A DNA stretch of 64,000 nt from Aplysia californica (GCF_000002075.1 NW_004797499.1:32804-96803); one strand, 5' to 3'. Positions 24,663 through 39,300 are shown, counted from the stretch's first letter. Numbers and translations: made by a program. Notes: generated by a model from the letters alone, not told the origin.

Positions 24663-27600
24663 GCTGAAATTACTACTTCAGGAGCAATTGTTTAAGCCAA
24701 ATTCCTAAGAGACAACTGATGGCAAAGTGCTTTACGATAAAGGCAAGTTGTGTGTTTGCCAGTGTACACGGTACTGTAAAACTTGTAGAAAGTGTACGGG
24801 CTTAGTTTGCCCCTAGACGTGGTGACTGTTTCAAAAGTGAAGGAAAATATTTGGCCTAGGACTGTGGGAGAGGTTCCAAAGGGCTCTGTGAGTGGAAGAC
24901 TGGCAGCTGAGGCTTTCGCCGAGAGCCGCAGGGGACGTGTATTGTGTAAGACGTGAATGTGAGAGAGGTTTTGTATGTGCATTTAGAATACTACATGACT
25001 ATAAAAAGAGCCAACCATGGGATATATAGATGATCTGTTTGTTCAGTTGACCGTGGCAGTGACTCGTGGACCGTGTCCATGGCAGCAACACATTGCCACA
25101 CGGTGCTGAGCACTTGTGGAATGCGGGAACATATCAAAAGATTATCCGTAGCAACACGACAAAGTGAATCAAATGTGGCATTTTGACGTTTTCATACTGG
25201 GTGTATTTAAATAAAGATCTGTTCTATCCCTACACGTTGGTGAGGACAGTCTTAACTTAGAGAGCTGCTTTGGTTTCCAAGTTGGGGAGGGACAATACTC
25301 CCAGTTGGGAAAAAATCAAAGCTGTTCCCGTTAGCTCGGAAGAGCTGAAAGTGACGAGTGACTCGCTTTGCCGTTTTGCTACAGATATGATGGACTGGGA
25401 ACAAGTCATTGGAACAAACGAGGTGACCTACAGGGAATATATAGGGCTGTTTGTTGACTTGTTCGTTTTTCTGCGTGTTGTTTTTGTAGCGATTTGTGTT
25501 TTGTAGAGTAGCAGGGAAACTGTTTCACTTATGTTTGACATAGTTTCAATTCCATTTTGAATTTTATGTTGAAAGTTGACTAAACTTGAGAGGTTTGAAC
25601 TTGAGATATCTCAAGTTTGAGTTGAAAAACTTCACCATACTCGTATGTCTCAAGTCAAGTCGGAGAGAATGGACAAATGACAATTTGGTGCTGAGTAACT
25701 TGGGACAGCCTAAGTTTAGCTGAAGGAGCTTCAAGTTGTTTGTATTTTAAAGATCATAGAATTATTCAAGTTGTTTGTTTTTTAAAGATCATAAAATTAT
25801 TCAAGTCTCTGTGTGAGAATAGGAAAAAAAAGCCCCCGGTTAAAATTGTGACTTAAACAAATCTTTGGTGTAGGGAGAGAGTGGGATCGTTTGGCCTGAG
25901 ATGTTTCCATAAACAAAAGGCATGTAATGTAAGGGTTTGGGGTTTGTCTGGGGCATTGTCGTAAGTGTTGAGTAGCTAGACCTCCATCAATGTGAGTGAC
26001 CTGTTTACTTATGTCATATTTACACTCTTCATTTGTGTGTGTGCTGAATTAGGAGGGTGAGTCACCAGTCTGTAGTGACTTCTTGTTGCTTTGTCGGTGT
26101 CGACTATTGCCAAAACATTTTGTGAAATACTTGTGTGAGATCATGCGGAGTGAATGTCAGTGCTTCCTACAGGAGATTTATACTGTGTGTGGATGTTTTG
26201 TTTCTGGCTCTGTTTGTGATTGGATGCTAGACAGCACATAGCTGTTTTACACCATTTGTATGTTGTGGAATTTTATGATTTAATGTTGTTTTAGAAGGCA
26301 TAAACATGTTGGAGAGTTTGTCAAGAAGACAGGGTCACCTTGAATGGATCTCGTTTATATCATCGCTCTCAGTTAGAATTGTCTTTTAACTCCTGGTAGC
26401 TGGTCGTGTGTATCAGAAAAGTTGCTGCAACACGCATGCCTGACCCTTCCAGCTGCAGTATAGGACTTACGTAGAGCTGATTCAAATTTACTGGATTGGA
26501 TCTTTGTTAACAAAGTCAAACTTACACCATACTAAAAGACTTTTGTGAGCGTTCAGAGTCACACTTTTAGCTTTTGAAAGTACCTATGGTAAGGTAAAGA
26601 AATGCTCTTCTTTTTTTCTTTATATGAATGGCACCAGCTTAGTGAAATTGTCAAAATAGAAATATACGGACTGTCCGAAATAAAACTTGGACATAGAGAT
26701 AGTTTAGTTGATGTACTGGACTAAGGTGCGGATGATCCAGTTCAAACCCCTCAATGTCTCTGCCCGCTTGGCTCAGTTGTGTGGAGAGACAAGACATCTC
26801 TATGTTAAAAGGTTGGAGGTCCTGCCTTACAAGTGTTTGTGGGGGCCTTAGACCTTTGTCCTACCCAAAGAACAATGTTACATGTGTACAATCAGGCTCA
26901 AGGTATCTTGTAATGACTGACTTTGTGTTGAAAAAATTTCAGTTACTTTTTGTTCTTCACGGAAATGGTTCACGAATAGAATTCCTGAAATGCTTGCTCT
27001 GTGCTGCTCTGTTTTTGGTGTAGTGAGTGGTGATTTTCTGAAGCTTTTGTGGTTGAAGAAGATGTAGCTGACAGTTGAGAGGGCTGATATCATAATCCTC
27101 CTGTGTTGACTGCTTTGTGTTGGATTGTCTGGACCAATTCGTGTGGTTGTAGAGGGGAGGATGTCTGGTCTGTTTGATTTTATGATAACAAAAAGTTTCT
27201 GCTTTGAGATATTTGGTTGGAAATTTTATAAAATGCCAAAATGTTGTCTTTTGCTCATCAGCCTTTTCCTGTACTGCGGTACAAGATTGAGTGAAACAAT
27301 ATAAACTGCCTGCATGTTGCTGACTTATCCGTGTTTTTGATTGAACAGAATGTAAAACAGCCTGAATCAAAACCATTGTCATTTTCTAACCATAAACATC
27401 TTAGAAAATGGAAAGTAATTTTCCAGTTTGATATCTCAAACTTATTACTTTTGATGTTTAAAAAGATTAAATCTTTGAGAGGCATGAAAACCTTCAGATG
27501 GCATTTGGTTAATCATTACAAGGATAGCATCAGAATTCCTGTTTGTGTAAATGTGTTATTGATTGTTTTTGTTTGGAATCAGTTGATTTTCTTCTGTGTA

Positions 27601-29995
27601 TGAGAGAGGAACAGGGTATCAGTACCTCACAGATTCGAAGCTCTGTAATTTATCATTGTCATGTTTTTATGGGGCATCTTACTTATCGTAGGACAGATAT
27701 TACGTGAAAGCGTAAAGAGCTATGAAAAAAGTCGAGACATGCAGACAACTAGTTTGTGATCTGATGTTAGTAATTGTGTTTCCCGTACTCTCTGAGGCAA
27801 TTTACTATTGTAGGCCCCTAATTCTTGTTGAAGAATTTCAGGATGATTGCAGTAATATTGTTTTGTTGGCCTTCATGAGTTTCCAAAATTTTCAAACCTT
27901 TTAAAGATTTTGGAATGGCTCAACACTTGCAATACAGTAGGTGGATGTGAATGTTGAAGAAAAAAAAATGACGAAGCTTGGCCACTCTGTTTTGACGGCC
28001 AAGGCTAAGAAAAAGCTGATGGTAGTTTTCTGTACATTGCGATGTAATCCCATGGCTTTTAGCATCTGTGAGTCATTTTGAGAGGGATGGGGGAGGATGT
28101 GAAAGATCAAGTGGGACGGAGAATCAACCTCTGCAAAAGATCCGAACATGAATGAAAAGTTGATGAAGAAGGATTGTAGTGGATTGAAAATGTTTTTTTT
28201 GCCTTCTGTCGGTTTTTTCTTTTTTTGTTTGTTTGGGGGGGGGGGGGGGGGTTGTTTGGTATGTTACATGCTGTCTCACTCTCCTGCTAGGTCTGAATGC
28301 TGTTTGCAAACTACAAAGTAAGCCAAGACTTGTTGGGGCATGAGAAATCCACTCAGCATTGTTGTTATCAAGTGTTGTCTCAGTTTGTGGGATACTAAGA
28401 AGTGAGAGAGGGGGGGGGAATGCATCTTTTGATAGATTACATTTATGGCTGGTCCCAGTGTTATTAGTGGTAAGTTGAGAAAAGTTTGTGAATGTAGAGA
28501 GATCACAGGAGCAAGATGGTGAAGCTTCAGGTGGACAAAAACTCTACCATTTGACACTTTGGGGTGGTCCATAAATTGGTGTAAAACATGCTTTGTGTTT
28601 TCTACTACGGTACTACATCTGCTGTGGGAACAGGAATATGTTCCTCCCAATACCATAGAGCTTATAAGGAAATAAGGATATCTTAAATATATTAATATAA
28701 CCCTCATCCTAATTATGTCAACACATATTTTAGCTTTTCAGCAAAATAACTCAGTGTACACCCATTGAACTCAGCCTTTGAGAAGAAAACTGTAATGGTA
28801 TTCAGAACTTGAATATAATTCATTTTGATCTGTAGTGATACCATTCATGGATGACTGAAAGTTTGTTAGGTGGGGGTGGGGGGGGGGGGGGTGGAGGGAC
28901 TTCAGTTTTGTCACAATGTCTAAGTATTGTATTCAGTGCTTGTACTGTGTATGGGTGTGTGCAAGTGTTTCTCCTTTCAGACGATTTATTTGTAAGATAA
29001 GAGATGTATATGAATATCATAGATAACAAACTATAATATATCACCAGGGCACCTGTGTATGGTTGTGTGTCTGGCTTTCACCCTGTTCAACATGTAATAT
29101 TATGGAATGTATTAGCAGTCGAATCAATGGGTTTTTTTTTTTTTACAACTTTGCTCTGCTGTGAATGTCCGTTTCTGAAGTCTTTGCCTCATCCCCGAAA
29201 GAATAAGTGAAGTTAAAAGAATTCTTGATGTGTTACAAGATGTGAGGTTGTTGTTTGGTACCTGTACACTCAGCGAAAGGATGAAATGTTATCATGGTCT
29301 GTTCTGAAGTGCTGAAATCTACCAGTTTTACTTTGCTTTTGGAAGTTTAAGGTGTTGAATTTTCCAAATATTCTCTTGTATAGTCTTTGTAGAATAATGA
29401 AATGGTTCAAGAAAAGCTGATCCGTAACAAATAATTTACAGGTCAGTTTGGTGTGTAACAGTTGACTAGTTCTATCCCTGTATTAAAAATAAATGTTGAT
29501 TTGGTTTACCAATGATCATCCTTTTGCAGTCTGTGTCAGTGGAACGATATGAATAAAAGGAATCTTGTGTCTTTAGATTAGAAGTCTTGGGTTATGGAAC
29601 AATATGAAAGGTCACGGAGAGAAAGGGTAGAAAGGGTCTATCTGTTGAAAGTTGCTCATCATAACGATCCAGGTCACACACACTGATCTTGTTTTGAAAC
29701 GTTGCTGGTGAAATTGTGAAGAAATAATTTATGACTATGAAACTGTTCATTGTTATTCTTGACTACCTACCCTCTGAGAAGCATTTATGGTTGAGGCTAC
29801 TTTGTGTATTTTGCTCAGAGCTGGGGAAGTTAAGTGAGGATTACATGGAATGGACGCCCATGGTTTTGTCGTCTTTGTTATTTACTAGTGATGGCAATAG
29901 AAAAACGTTTGTATAGATATGGATGTAACATTAACATAACACATTATCATTGTTTATACCAAGTTGAATAAATATTGAAAAGTATTTATGAAAAA
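24663..29995 (+). other. probable long 3'UTR of neurabin gene, distal AATAAA at 29967-29972
   Basis: U/G-rich and free of the recognisable interspersed repeats that fill the introns; AATAAA followed by a GT/T-rich downstream element; proximal AATAAA also near 25210, 29488 and 29552. Confidence 0.5.
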
Positions 29996-32134
29996 AATGT
30001 GGTTTTTGATTCATTTTCTAGTTCAGTATGTCTGCGGGTTTGCACTACTCTTCACGGTGTCAGAAAAGACTGGCACTAAGTGTATTTCTCCTTGCTTTTT
30101 GTGCAGTGTTTGATACAGACAGCCCAGACCTTTATACAGACCACAGCTCAGGGGTGCCTTTACCCGTATCCGTACACCTGGGATCATTTTGTGCCCCAGG
30201 GGTTGTATTCTTCACATTTAAGAATACTTCTAGTGCGAAGATCTCTTTGAAACTTTCAGCATTTCTATTTTTAAAAATCATTTTGACAGACTGCTGTGCA
30301 AAGCGTATGGATCAGATCAACGAGTAACGAGTAAATTTCCTCTTTGGAAAGTGAGGGCACAGAGTTCCCCTCGTCGCATGAATATATGGTAGTAAAACTA
30401 AAACACGACGTACGGATAGAGTTAACAATTCTTTATGGATGGTTGGAGGGCGCCACTGGTAGGTCCTACAATGTACTTCTTTTCTTTCCCTCTGTTGTTT
30501 CTGTTCATCTGTCATGATTATTTCCTGCACTAGGTGACTGTTACCATACGGGTCCACTTAGACAGACGCGGCCCGATCTTTTGTCAGGAGGAAGAAAATC
30601 GGTCGCGTTGTTTCCGTGTTGTGTGTCCACCAGTTCAGACAAGACACGTATAGTCTGTTGGCCCACTGGCTGTATTATTCCACACATTGTGTCCCAAGGC
30701 TGTGCCCTTGGTGCAGGGCTATAAATAGTCACGGTCAATTAACCCAATACGGGAATAAGACATGAACGGGTTTTAAAAGGTAAATTGGCAAAATTGTTAA
30801 TATGCATACCAGGTGGTTTGCGCGTAGACTTTGCTAGTTTTGAGGTGCTGATTATGAATATGACATTAGAATTTTAATCCGAACTCAAAATTAGAATTTT
30901 TTTTTGTTCCGGCGGGGCCTTTGACTCTTGAGTCATGACCGGCTAAAAATGAGCAAGCGGCTTTCCAACCGACACGTCTTTTGTCAGGGCGTGTCGTGTC
31001 GTGTCTGTAGACACAGCCAAATGGACTTTTCACTGATTTTTTTAGGAAATAAACGGTGTTCCATTTCAACTACCGACTTTCCGAGAGACGGACGGAATCG
31101 GGACGGTTGGTGTCTATCGCAGTGGACACGGTCCGTTATTGTGTCGATGTGCTCTTTACTCAAAGGCAGTTCTTTCTTTCCCGTACCTGTTAAGGTAGGC
31201 AAAAGTGATTCTCACAGTCACACAAGGCTCTCCATCTACTTGCCTAAGGGAGCAGATTTGGCCAATTAAAAAAATTACTTTGGTGTCTTTATCTTTGGAA
31301 ACAAAGCCTATATCTTTCTCGGCAATCCATCTTGCATCTTTCAATACTTTCAAGACTTGATAACGTTGTTTTTTAAGTCAAGTTGTTTTTTGTTTATGGG
31401 GGGGGGGGGGGGTTCATTGCTCTTACACATATTCAAGTAAATAATTTCCTGTTGTGGAAGACAGGGCAAACAGTTTTTAGAGGATCATTGGTCTTGGTTG
31501 GAATAAACGTTGATTCAACGATACCCTGCCTTGAACACGCTGCATAGAATTTTTTTAAACTGTAAAAGGCCACAGTGCACAGAGGGTTCAAACTCAATAT
31601 TAGAGTGGAGCGGAGGTATTCTAAACATACCAGACTGAGACTTTTCAGTTCTCAAATTCTAACATGAGTCAAATGTGTATGAAAAACTACAGTGGAATCC
31701 ACTTCAACCGAAATCTGCGCCAGGTCCACCAGATTTTTTTTGGATCAGTTGGATTTTTGGCGTAGAGAGGTCGCTCAAATAGCAGTAGAAAATTACAGAT
31801 TTTATTTTCTTTTGGTAGACTGTTGTTTCCGGATTATCCGTGTTGGGTTTAAGAAGACTCCACTGTATTTTCTAGAATTTTCAAAATTAATGAATGAAAA
31901 AATGATTCGTATCTGACACAAACAATGTCGATTATGACTGGAACTGTTTAATCAGTCATAACATTAATACAATTTCCAACCAAAGCACGAACAACATGCT
32001 AATCACAGTGCTTTCTTCAGCTCTAAATGTTACTGGAAGAAATTCAAAACGACACAAATATGAATGGTGCTATGCTCTAACCTGGTACCTGTTTTTACGC
32101 CCCCATCAACACAATTTAGAACATTTAGGGGGTA

Positions 32135-32302
32135 GGCTTCAACCCTGCCTGTCAGAGCCGACCCCTGCTAAGAGGGGTACATGTACTTAATGTCTGAGCA
32201 GAAAGACGGAGATGCTCAATAAAAATTCTCCCCACACAGAAGTCCAACTCAGGTCCTCTGCATGTGATGGCAAAGCACCTAACCACTCCACCTAAGATGG
32301 CA
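32135..32302 (-). mobile_element. tRNA-derived SINE (family S1)
   Basis: reverse complement matches the 16548 copy (ctgacaggcag, gtcttctgct, ggttaggtgc). Confidence 0.6.
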
Positions 32303-32465
32303 GTAATGAAATCTTTCTGTGTTGTCAAGCAATTAGAGTGTGAATCATGATAGTATCAGTCAGGCTGTCCCAAAGGAAATACCAATGTGGAAATAGTCGT
32401 CATAATAAGAACAGAAACAGCTCTTTTTCAAAATCTGTTAACGGTGCCTAAGGCAAAGCACACTT

Positions 32466-32472
32466 AATAATA

Positions 32473-32550
<78 letters not shown>
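32466..32550. repeat. (AAT)n microsatellite
   Basis: direct. Confidence 0.95.
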
Positions 32551-32552
<2 letters not shown>

Positions 32553-32596
32553 CAACGTTGTTGGCAATAATAATGAACATTGTTTTTGCCAAAGTG

Positions 32597-33515
32597 CTAG
32601 TCTAGCATCTGAGTTTGTTGCCATTTTTTTCTCCAAAAGTTGCTACAAAAAAAGGCAAAAGTTGCCTTAAAAGTTGCCATTAATTTTCAAGCTTTAAACT
32701 TTTTGTGACGATGTAGATTCTGTAGCAATATATTGATAGAGGTGACTTATCTAAAGCACTAGAATTTCTTGTACTCTGTTTTAAGCATCCAGAATATCAT
32801 TTGTAGCCACACAGAGTGTAAAAACCTGAAAAATAGAAGTTTCACAACAGAATGAAATCAATATTAGAACAGCACATAAACAGCCAAAAAAATATTTAAA
32901 ATAAGGGCATGAGTCCACCTATTTGAAAACTGGCCGTTTTAACCTAAAACGTGTGTAATTCAAGAAAAAGTACAGGATATTACATGCAAATTATGGAATC
33001 ACACACAAGGGGCCTGCAGGTGTCAGTATTTGGTTTTGGTGGAGACACGCTCTCATATAACACATTTTTTTAAAAGAGTAGGAACAGCATCAAATTAAAT
33101 GACATAACACTATTTTAACACATCAGAACAATAACACGAGGACAAAAATTAACACACCAACAAGTAAAAACACAACAAAGAGGGAAAAGTAAAAGAGAAA
33201 CAGCAATATTTAAATAGTAAGTAAAGTATATTCTTCACATGAAAATGGCAAATCAACGTGGTGTCAACAAGTGAGAAAGAGACGAAGTGAAGTAAAAGTG
33301 AAAATAAACTCTTTCCAAAAAGTAGAGAGGTTCGGATTTTTATTTTATTTTTCGATATTTATTCCCCTGAAGTTTTTTTTTCGATTTAATATTCTCCAGA
33401 GGTGTTTTTTTTTTTTATTTGGTTCGTTTTTTGTGTGAAAAATGCAAAAAATCGCGCCGCGATTTGTGGACCAAAAAATGCACCAAATCGCTGACAAACG
33501 CAGATGCTAGACTAG
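32597..33515. mobile_element. non-autonomous TIR element (~0.9 kb)
   Basis: left ctagtctagcatctgagtttgttgccattt versus right aaatcgctgacaaacgcagatgctagactag, ~30-bp imperfect inverted repeats. Confidence 0.55.
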
Positions 33516-34825
33516 TAGCACCACCGAATGTATGCATCTGTGATGCTATATTAAACATTGCAATCCTTGTAGAGTAATGGCCAACGGTAAAAGTGCCGGG
33601 AGTCAGACTATTTAAACAAGCAAAAGGAAAAAATTCCCGAAAATTCTTTAACAAATGTAGTTGTTTGAGACAAAATCGATATGAATAAAACTCAGGAATG
33701 TTACTGGTTTAAAGTCGGACAGAAATATCGGGAGGACAAGACAAAAGTGTCATAGCGCGGTGGAATCAAGTGTTCGTGAATTTTGGGGCATATGGAGTTA
33801 TTGGTATCACCTTAAATCTAGTTAGTTTATCTAGATTTTGATTTTATAAATATTCATCTATCTTACATAGAAGTCGAGTTATTTGCAAATGAAGGAGGTG
33901 GGTTTCAGAAGCAAACTTTGCGAGAAAATGGCCAACAAAGTTTGGCGGCTTCTGTAGCTTGAGAATCCTTGGACAGTACAAATTCACCTTTTTTGTGCCT
34001 TTAATTACCGTTTTTCAGTAAGATTCACACACAAATTTGTTTTTGACATGGGCATAAAATATGTTGAGCCAAAAAACAAAAACAAAACTTGACAAAAATA
34101 GTCAAACTGGCGGTAAAATAACGGTATCCTCAATTTCATTATTTTGACAGGCGCCTGATTTGACCACGATGCCTTACATATTATTATACAGGGTGCCTGC
34201 AATCTGTAATCTGCAATCTGTAATCTTCCAAGTCAGAAGCCAATGCTCAGCAAGCTGATGTTGATTATTGTCAATCAGCTGTTCAGATGCACTAATTAAC
34301 CCTAACTTTCGAAAAGAAAAATGTATTGCATTTTCTAAATTTGTGGTATCCTTGCGTGTGCTTTAGAAATACTCTGTCGAAATTCAAATTCTTAATGTTG
34401 AAAAAAAGCAACAACAAAAAAGATACATAATGTAAGTATAATTAAAAGAATGAAACAGGTTCTTTTTAGATGTCGCTTTCTGAGCTAAGGACATTTGAAC
34501 AGCTTGTCAGGTTTATTTATGAAGATCGTAGGTTGACAGATGTCACGGTTCTTGACTTTCCTAAATCAGTTACAATTGCAGAAAATAAGCGTTACTGCTC
34601 CAAAATGGAAAAAAAGGTTAACCAAGAACAATCCAACAAAACTAAAAGAAACTCTCCCGATGAAAGAAAAAACACTGAGTTTGAATCAAAATGTAACAGT
34701 AACAGTAACATTTAAACCAAACTTTCATTCGGCAATACAGTCTGACACGAGTCGAAACAGCTCAAAGGGAAACAGCTGTCAAAGTGTCATTTGTATTTTC
34801 TTCGTCATTCGCATTTTCTTTTTCA

Positions 34826-35198
34826 TCAGGTTTTTTTTGGGTCTTCACTTTCGTCTTCATCATCTGTTCTTTCTAGGCTACCTGTCTTTTCTTCTGCATC
34901 TATACTTTCATGGTAAACACTCATAGTTCTTCCTCTGTCATCTATTTTTTCTCGTTTGTCTGTTCTTTCTTCGTCATGTATTTGTTCATGTTGGTTTGTT
35001 TCTTCTCGCCTGTCTGTCTTTTCTTCCTCAGCTCCCTTTCCTTGAGTATCTGTCTTTTCCTCCTCTCTGACCTCATCATGACCGCTAGAATCGGTGTCTT
35101 TAGCCTCCTGCTCCTTTCCAAGTTTGTCCAGGTCCCCCGAGTCCGAGTCAGAGGGTAGGATGAAAACGATGGTGCCACGGTTTTGGCTATGAGCAGAA
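34826..35198 (-). CDS. ADAM17-like terminal exon, acidic E/D/K-rich tail
   Basis: tttcag|T TCT GCT CAT... open to TGA at 34826-34828; AATAAA on minus strand at ~34512-34517. Confidence 0.7.
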
Positions 35199-35293
35199 CT
35201 GAAAAAAACAAAAGATCCTGATCAAAATTTTGTTTTCTCATGATATCTTAGCATATTCGTAATAATTACAACAACAATAATAACAGCAACAAC

Positions 35294-35353
<60 letters not shown>

Positions 35354-36061
35354 TTAGAACTGTGCAGAATAGGACAAAAGTCAACATATCTTAGTGTTGA
35401 TTCCATAAAAACTCTCATCTTTTCTTTAGTCCTTTCATGTCTGCAATTCTTTGTTTGGAAACCTTCCCACTGAAACGTTAAATAGATTACAGCGACTCCA
35501 GAACCAAGCTGCTGGCATAATTTTAAAGAAATCTTTCAAAGAGCATAACACCAATGCTAATTCAACTACATTGGCTCCCGGTGAAAGCACGAATTCAGTA
35601 CAAAATAGTCGTTCTTTGTTTTAAGTGCGTCAACAACATTGCACCATCATATCTTTGAGACATGGTCATCGAATATATACCATCTTGGCCTTTAAGATCG
35701 GCGACGAAAAGACTTTTAAGACCTGTCCAAAGCAAAAGTCAGAGACTCTGAGGGAGAGCTTTTTTACACCAGGCCCCTCCGTGGAACGCTTTGCCAGCTC
35801 ATCTACGGGAGTCCACCACTTTATCAAAATTTAAATCAGCACTTAAATAAGTTAAAATGCATTTGTTTTAGTCCAGCTTCAATCTATAATTTCCGACATT
35901 CCAATACAAATATTATTATGTTCTCTCAGTACCTTTATTATGTTCTCACAGTTATATTCATGCTGTTCTATTCTGGAAGAATTTATGACAGTGTGAATTC
36001 ATCAATATGTGCGAGGGTGCCTGAGTAAGTTTTGTGGGATTGTCTTTACTCAAGGATGTAC

Positions 36062-36120
<59 letters not shown>

Positions 36121-36266
36121 AGAGAGAGACAGAGACAGAGTGAGACTAGTGAGAGGGAGAGAAAGAGGATTACTATAGGAGCTGTGCGCTACATATGTTC
36201 TTTGTATTATTGTACACCGCATTGAGCACTTCTTTGTGGAAATGCACTATGTAAATGCAATTTATT

Positions 36267-36338
<72 letters not shown>

Positions 36339-39300
36339 ATAAACAATAATAATAAACAGCTTTAGTATAGCGCAAATTCCCGCTCAACAGCAACAATCTA
36401 ATGAATCAATAACAAAAAGTCTGCACCATATTCATAGCAGATAATGTGTAAAGAACAATAAATAACATCTCGGGAACAGAACAAGGAGAATCTAGCTTTT
36501 CATCAAAATAAACAAAGCTACATGGTGTTATTTCACAAATGTTTAAACATTCTGTCAAAGTCTCAAAGGGACTAAAACTCCTACAGACAGCCGTCTGCAA
36601 TCTTTGATCTTGGTTTAACGAAGGGGATGGTAAAATACATTCCAATTTCTTTCAAGATTTTTAATAGTAGGCTACAGAAATAATCAAATAAGCTCACAAA
36701 TGTAGGAGAGGAGAGTTAAGAGCTTACTCCCCTATAGTTTGTTTCCGTTATTATTTGGTTCATGAGGATCAGTAGCTCAATAGGTGTTTCCCTGTCAACA
36801 CGAAGGTCCAGAGTTCAATCCTTGCCAACATCGAATTTTGCTCATGTTTTCTACAACCCCTGATGCAAGAGTAAGTAAGATCGAGCAGCTTATCTTAGAT
36901 CAGAAAGAAAAAGTTCAGAGGTTCTGTGTGAATGTTTCGCACATTAAAGATCCCTTGGCAGTTGTTGAACGGAAAAGTGCAGTCCCTTCAGGCCAGTGTC
37001 TGGGCAAAATTTAAAATTAATTCCTACCAAAAACTGGTGCCACTCTTGTCACAATAAACACCAATATCATCTTCAAAAACGGCACCTGAGTTCATCTGGC
37101 AAGGGATGATTCTATTTTTTATTTATACATGTATAATATAGACAAAACGACAATGAGAGTAAAAATCAACTGCACTGTGAGACGAAGCAGCTCTAGCAGC
37201 TAATTATACAGAAGAAGAATTTGACCCATGCTCTGGTCAACTTTGTAAAGTGCCTCTGCATTATATGCAGGGAGAAGCATGAAACAAACTTTTGCTTTTT
37301 GTTCGAGTAAAGAAAAGCACATCAACACAATAGCAGTCATTTAGTGTTGGCGAGAAAAAGTGAGGACAGACAGACAGATACAACAGTGGCAAAAACAAAA
37401 GTAGAATGTACCATTGCCATTCTTACTTCTTCACTAATTTTTAGTTTTTGTGTATTGATTACTGGGGACTTTTCCCCCATTTGTTTTTCACAAACAATTT
37501 GAATTCGTGATTTAAGCTGTCCGGTGTCATATGTTCCAATGCAGTAGCACCCCATTTGAAATTTCAGGAGAAATCACTTTCACACATTTCTTTAAACATC
37601 GCAAAAAAATAATGAATTCATTTCTTACGCAAATAAAGTTAGAATACAGTAATCTGACCTGAGTTATCTTACCGGAAGGAATCATGCTTTTCACCTTGAG
37701 CATGAGATGGAGACTGAGGCAGAGACAAAGTCTGAGACGGTGAGCGAGTCAGAGAGTGGGAGGGCGGGGGCGAGGACGAGGACGAGGACTTGGGGCTTCT
37801 CACTAAAGAATGCTCACTTGACACCTGCCTCTGAGAAATACAGGCAAAAGTTCAGCTCAAGCAGAAAGGCACAAGGTATATATATAATGTCGGCATGCTG
37901 TTTATATATATAAATTTTGTTTTCTGGGCTCAGGATATATATGTATACATATATATCCTAAGCCCAGAAAACAAAATTTTTCAGAAGAGAGAAAAAACTA
38001 TTTAATCTTTTCAACTATATATAAATTATGTACTTGTTTTAGCTTTTTTTCAACATAAAGATTTTGAATTTCAATAAAACATTTCTTGAGCCCATGTAAC
38101 CAATACCACAAAAGTTTAGGTTAAGTACATGTGAACAACTCGTTGAGGATAACCTGCCACACAGCCCATGATGGCATCATGCCGTTTCCTGGTAATGTGA
38201 GACATCAGAAGCTTTACACTGACCCAAGATATTGCGCCCTAGGTTGACGGGGTCTTTACTTTACTTTAATAACACACAGTACGATAGGAGAGGGAGTGGA
38301 CTCGACTTTTGCAAGGTCTTGACCGAGTTTTTAAAGTTTTAGTAAGCGTTTTACGGCACTTCCAACACAATACCACCATATAAAGCAAATAGCTTTTCTC
38401 ATTTCCATGGGGTTTTTTTAACCTCTGTCTGCGAGTGGTTAGTGGATGATCTAGTGTGGTTTGCTTCTTCTTTTCTATCAAAACATCTACCATCCTTATC
38501 TTTCCTCCTTCTTTTTCGTGTTTGTTATTCTCTCTATAATCTTCAGGACGTATATGACCTTATTGTATTGTAAGTGAAGTAAAACTTTTACAATAACTAA
38601 AATGAAAAAATAAACAATGCAAATGAGACAACAAAACAAAATGAAAAGCAAAAGGAAAAAGTGAATCAATTACCTCATTATAAACATTCCAAAGACCCAC
38701 TGGATTTTCAAAAGCTTCCCTCTCTCTTTCATCCTGGAAAAATCAACAAAAAAAGGAGTTATCATGTTATAAATTGGTTCTTCCTCTTTTCCCAAATGCA
38801 CCAATAACACATGATAATCTATTTTTGTTTTCATAAAGAGTTTAACAGCACTTGGAACACAATAGGTCATACAAGTGCCGAAGACTAGAGGTGATACAAG
38901 AGAGTAACAAACACAAAAAAGAAGGACGGGAGATAAGGATGATAGATGTTGGATAGGAGAGAAAGAGCAAACCACACCAAAGCCCCCGCCAACCACCCAC
39001 TTCATCTTTTTTTAACAATTACCTCAACATTACAATATTTTCCTATAGCCCACTCAAACATGTTGAGACAAATTTGTTTAGGAAAGGATCCTAATTTCTG
39101 ATTGTTAGTCAGAGTCACAGAATAGTGTAACGACTAGCATCCTTGAAACGTTGAAGATGTTAGGTACAAAACAAAAAGTAAAAAGCCTAAAATAAGTACA
39201 GAAAATAAAATTTCTCAGCATTTAACATATGGAACGTAATACTCTTAAGAGACAGAATAGAAACATTAAAATTACTTTCAAATTACATCAAATATCTGGT

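Noticed and set aside
34942-35241. 99-aa basic ORF on minus strand
   Set aside because: Alternative frame of the ADAM terminal exon; the upstream phase-2 donor selects the acidic frame.
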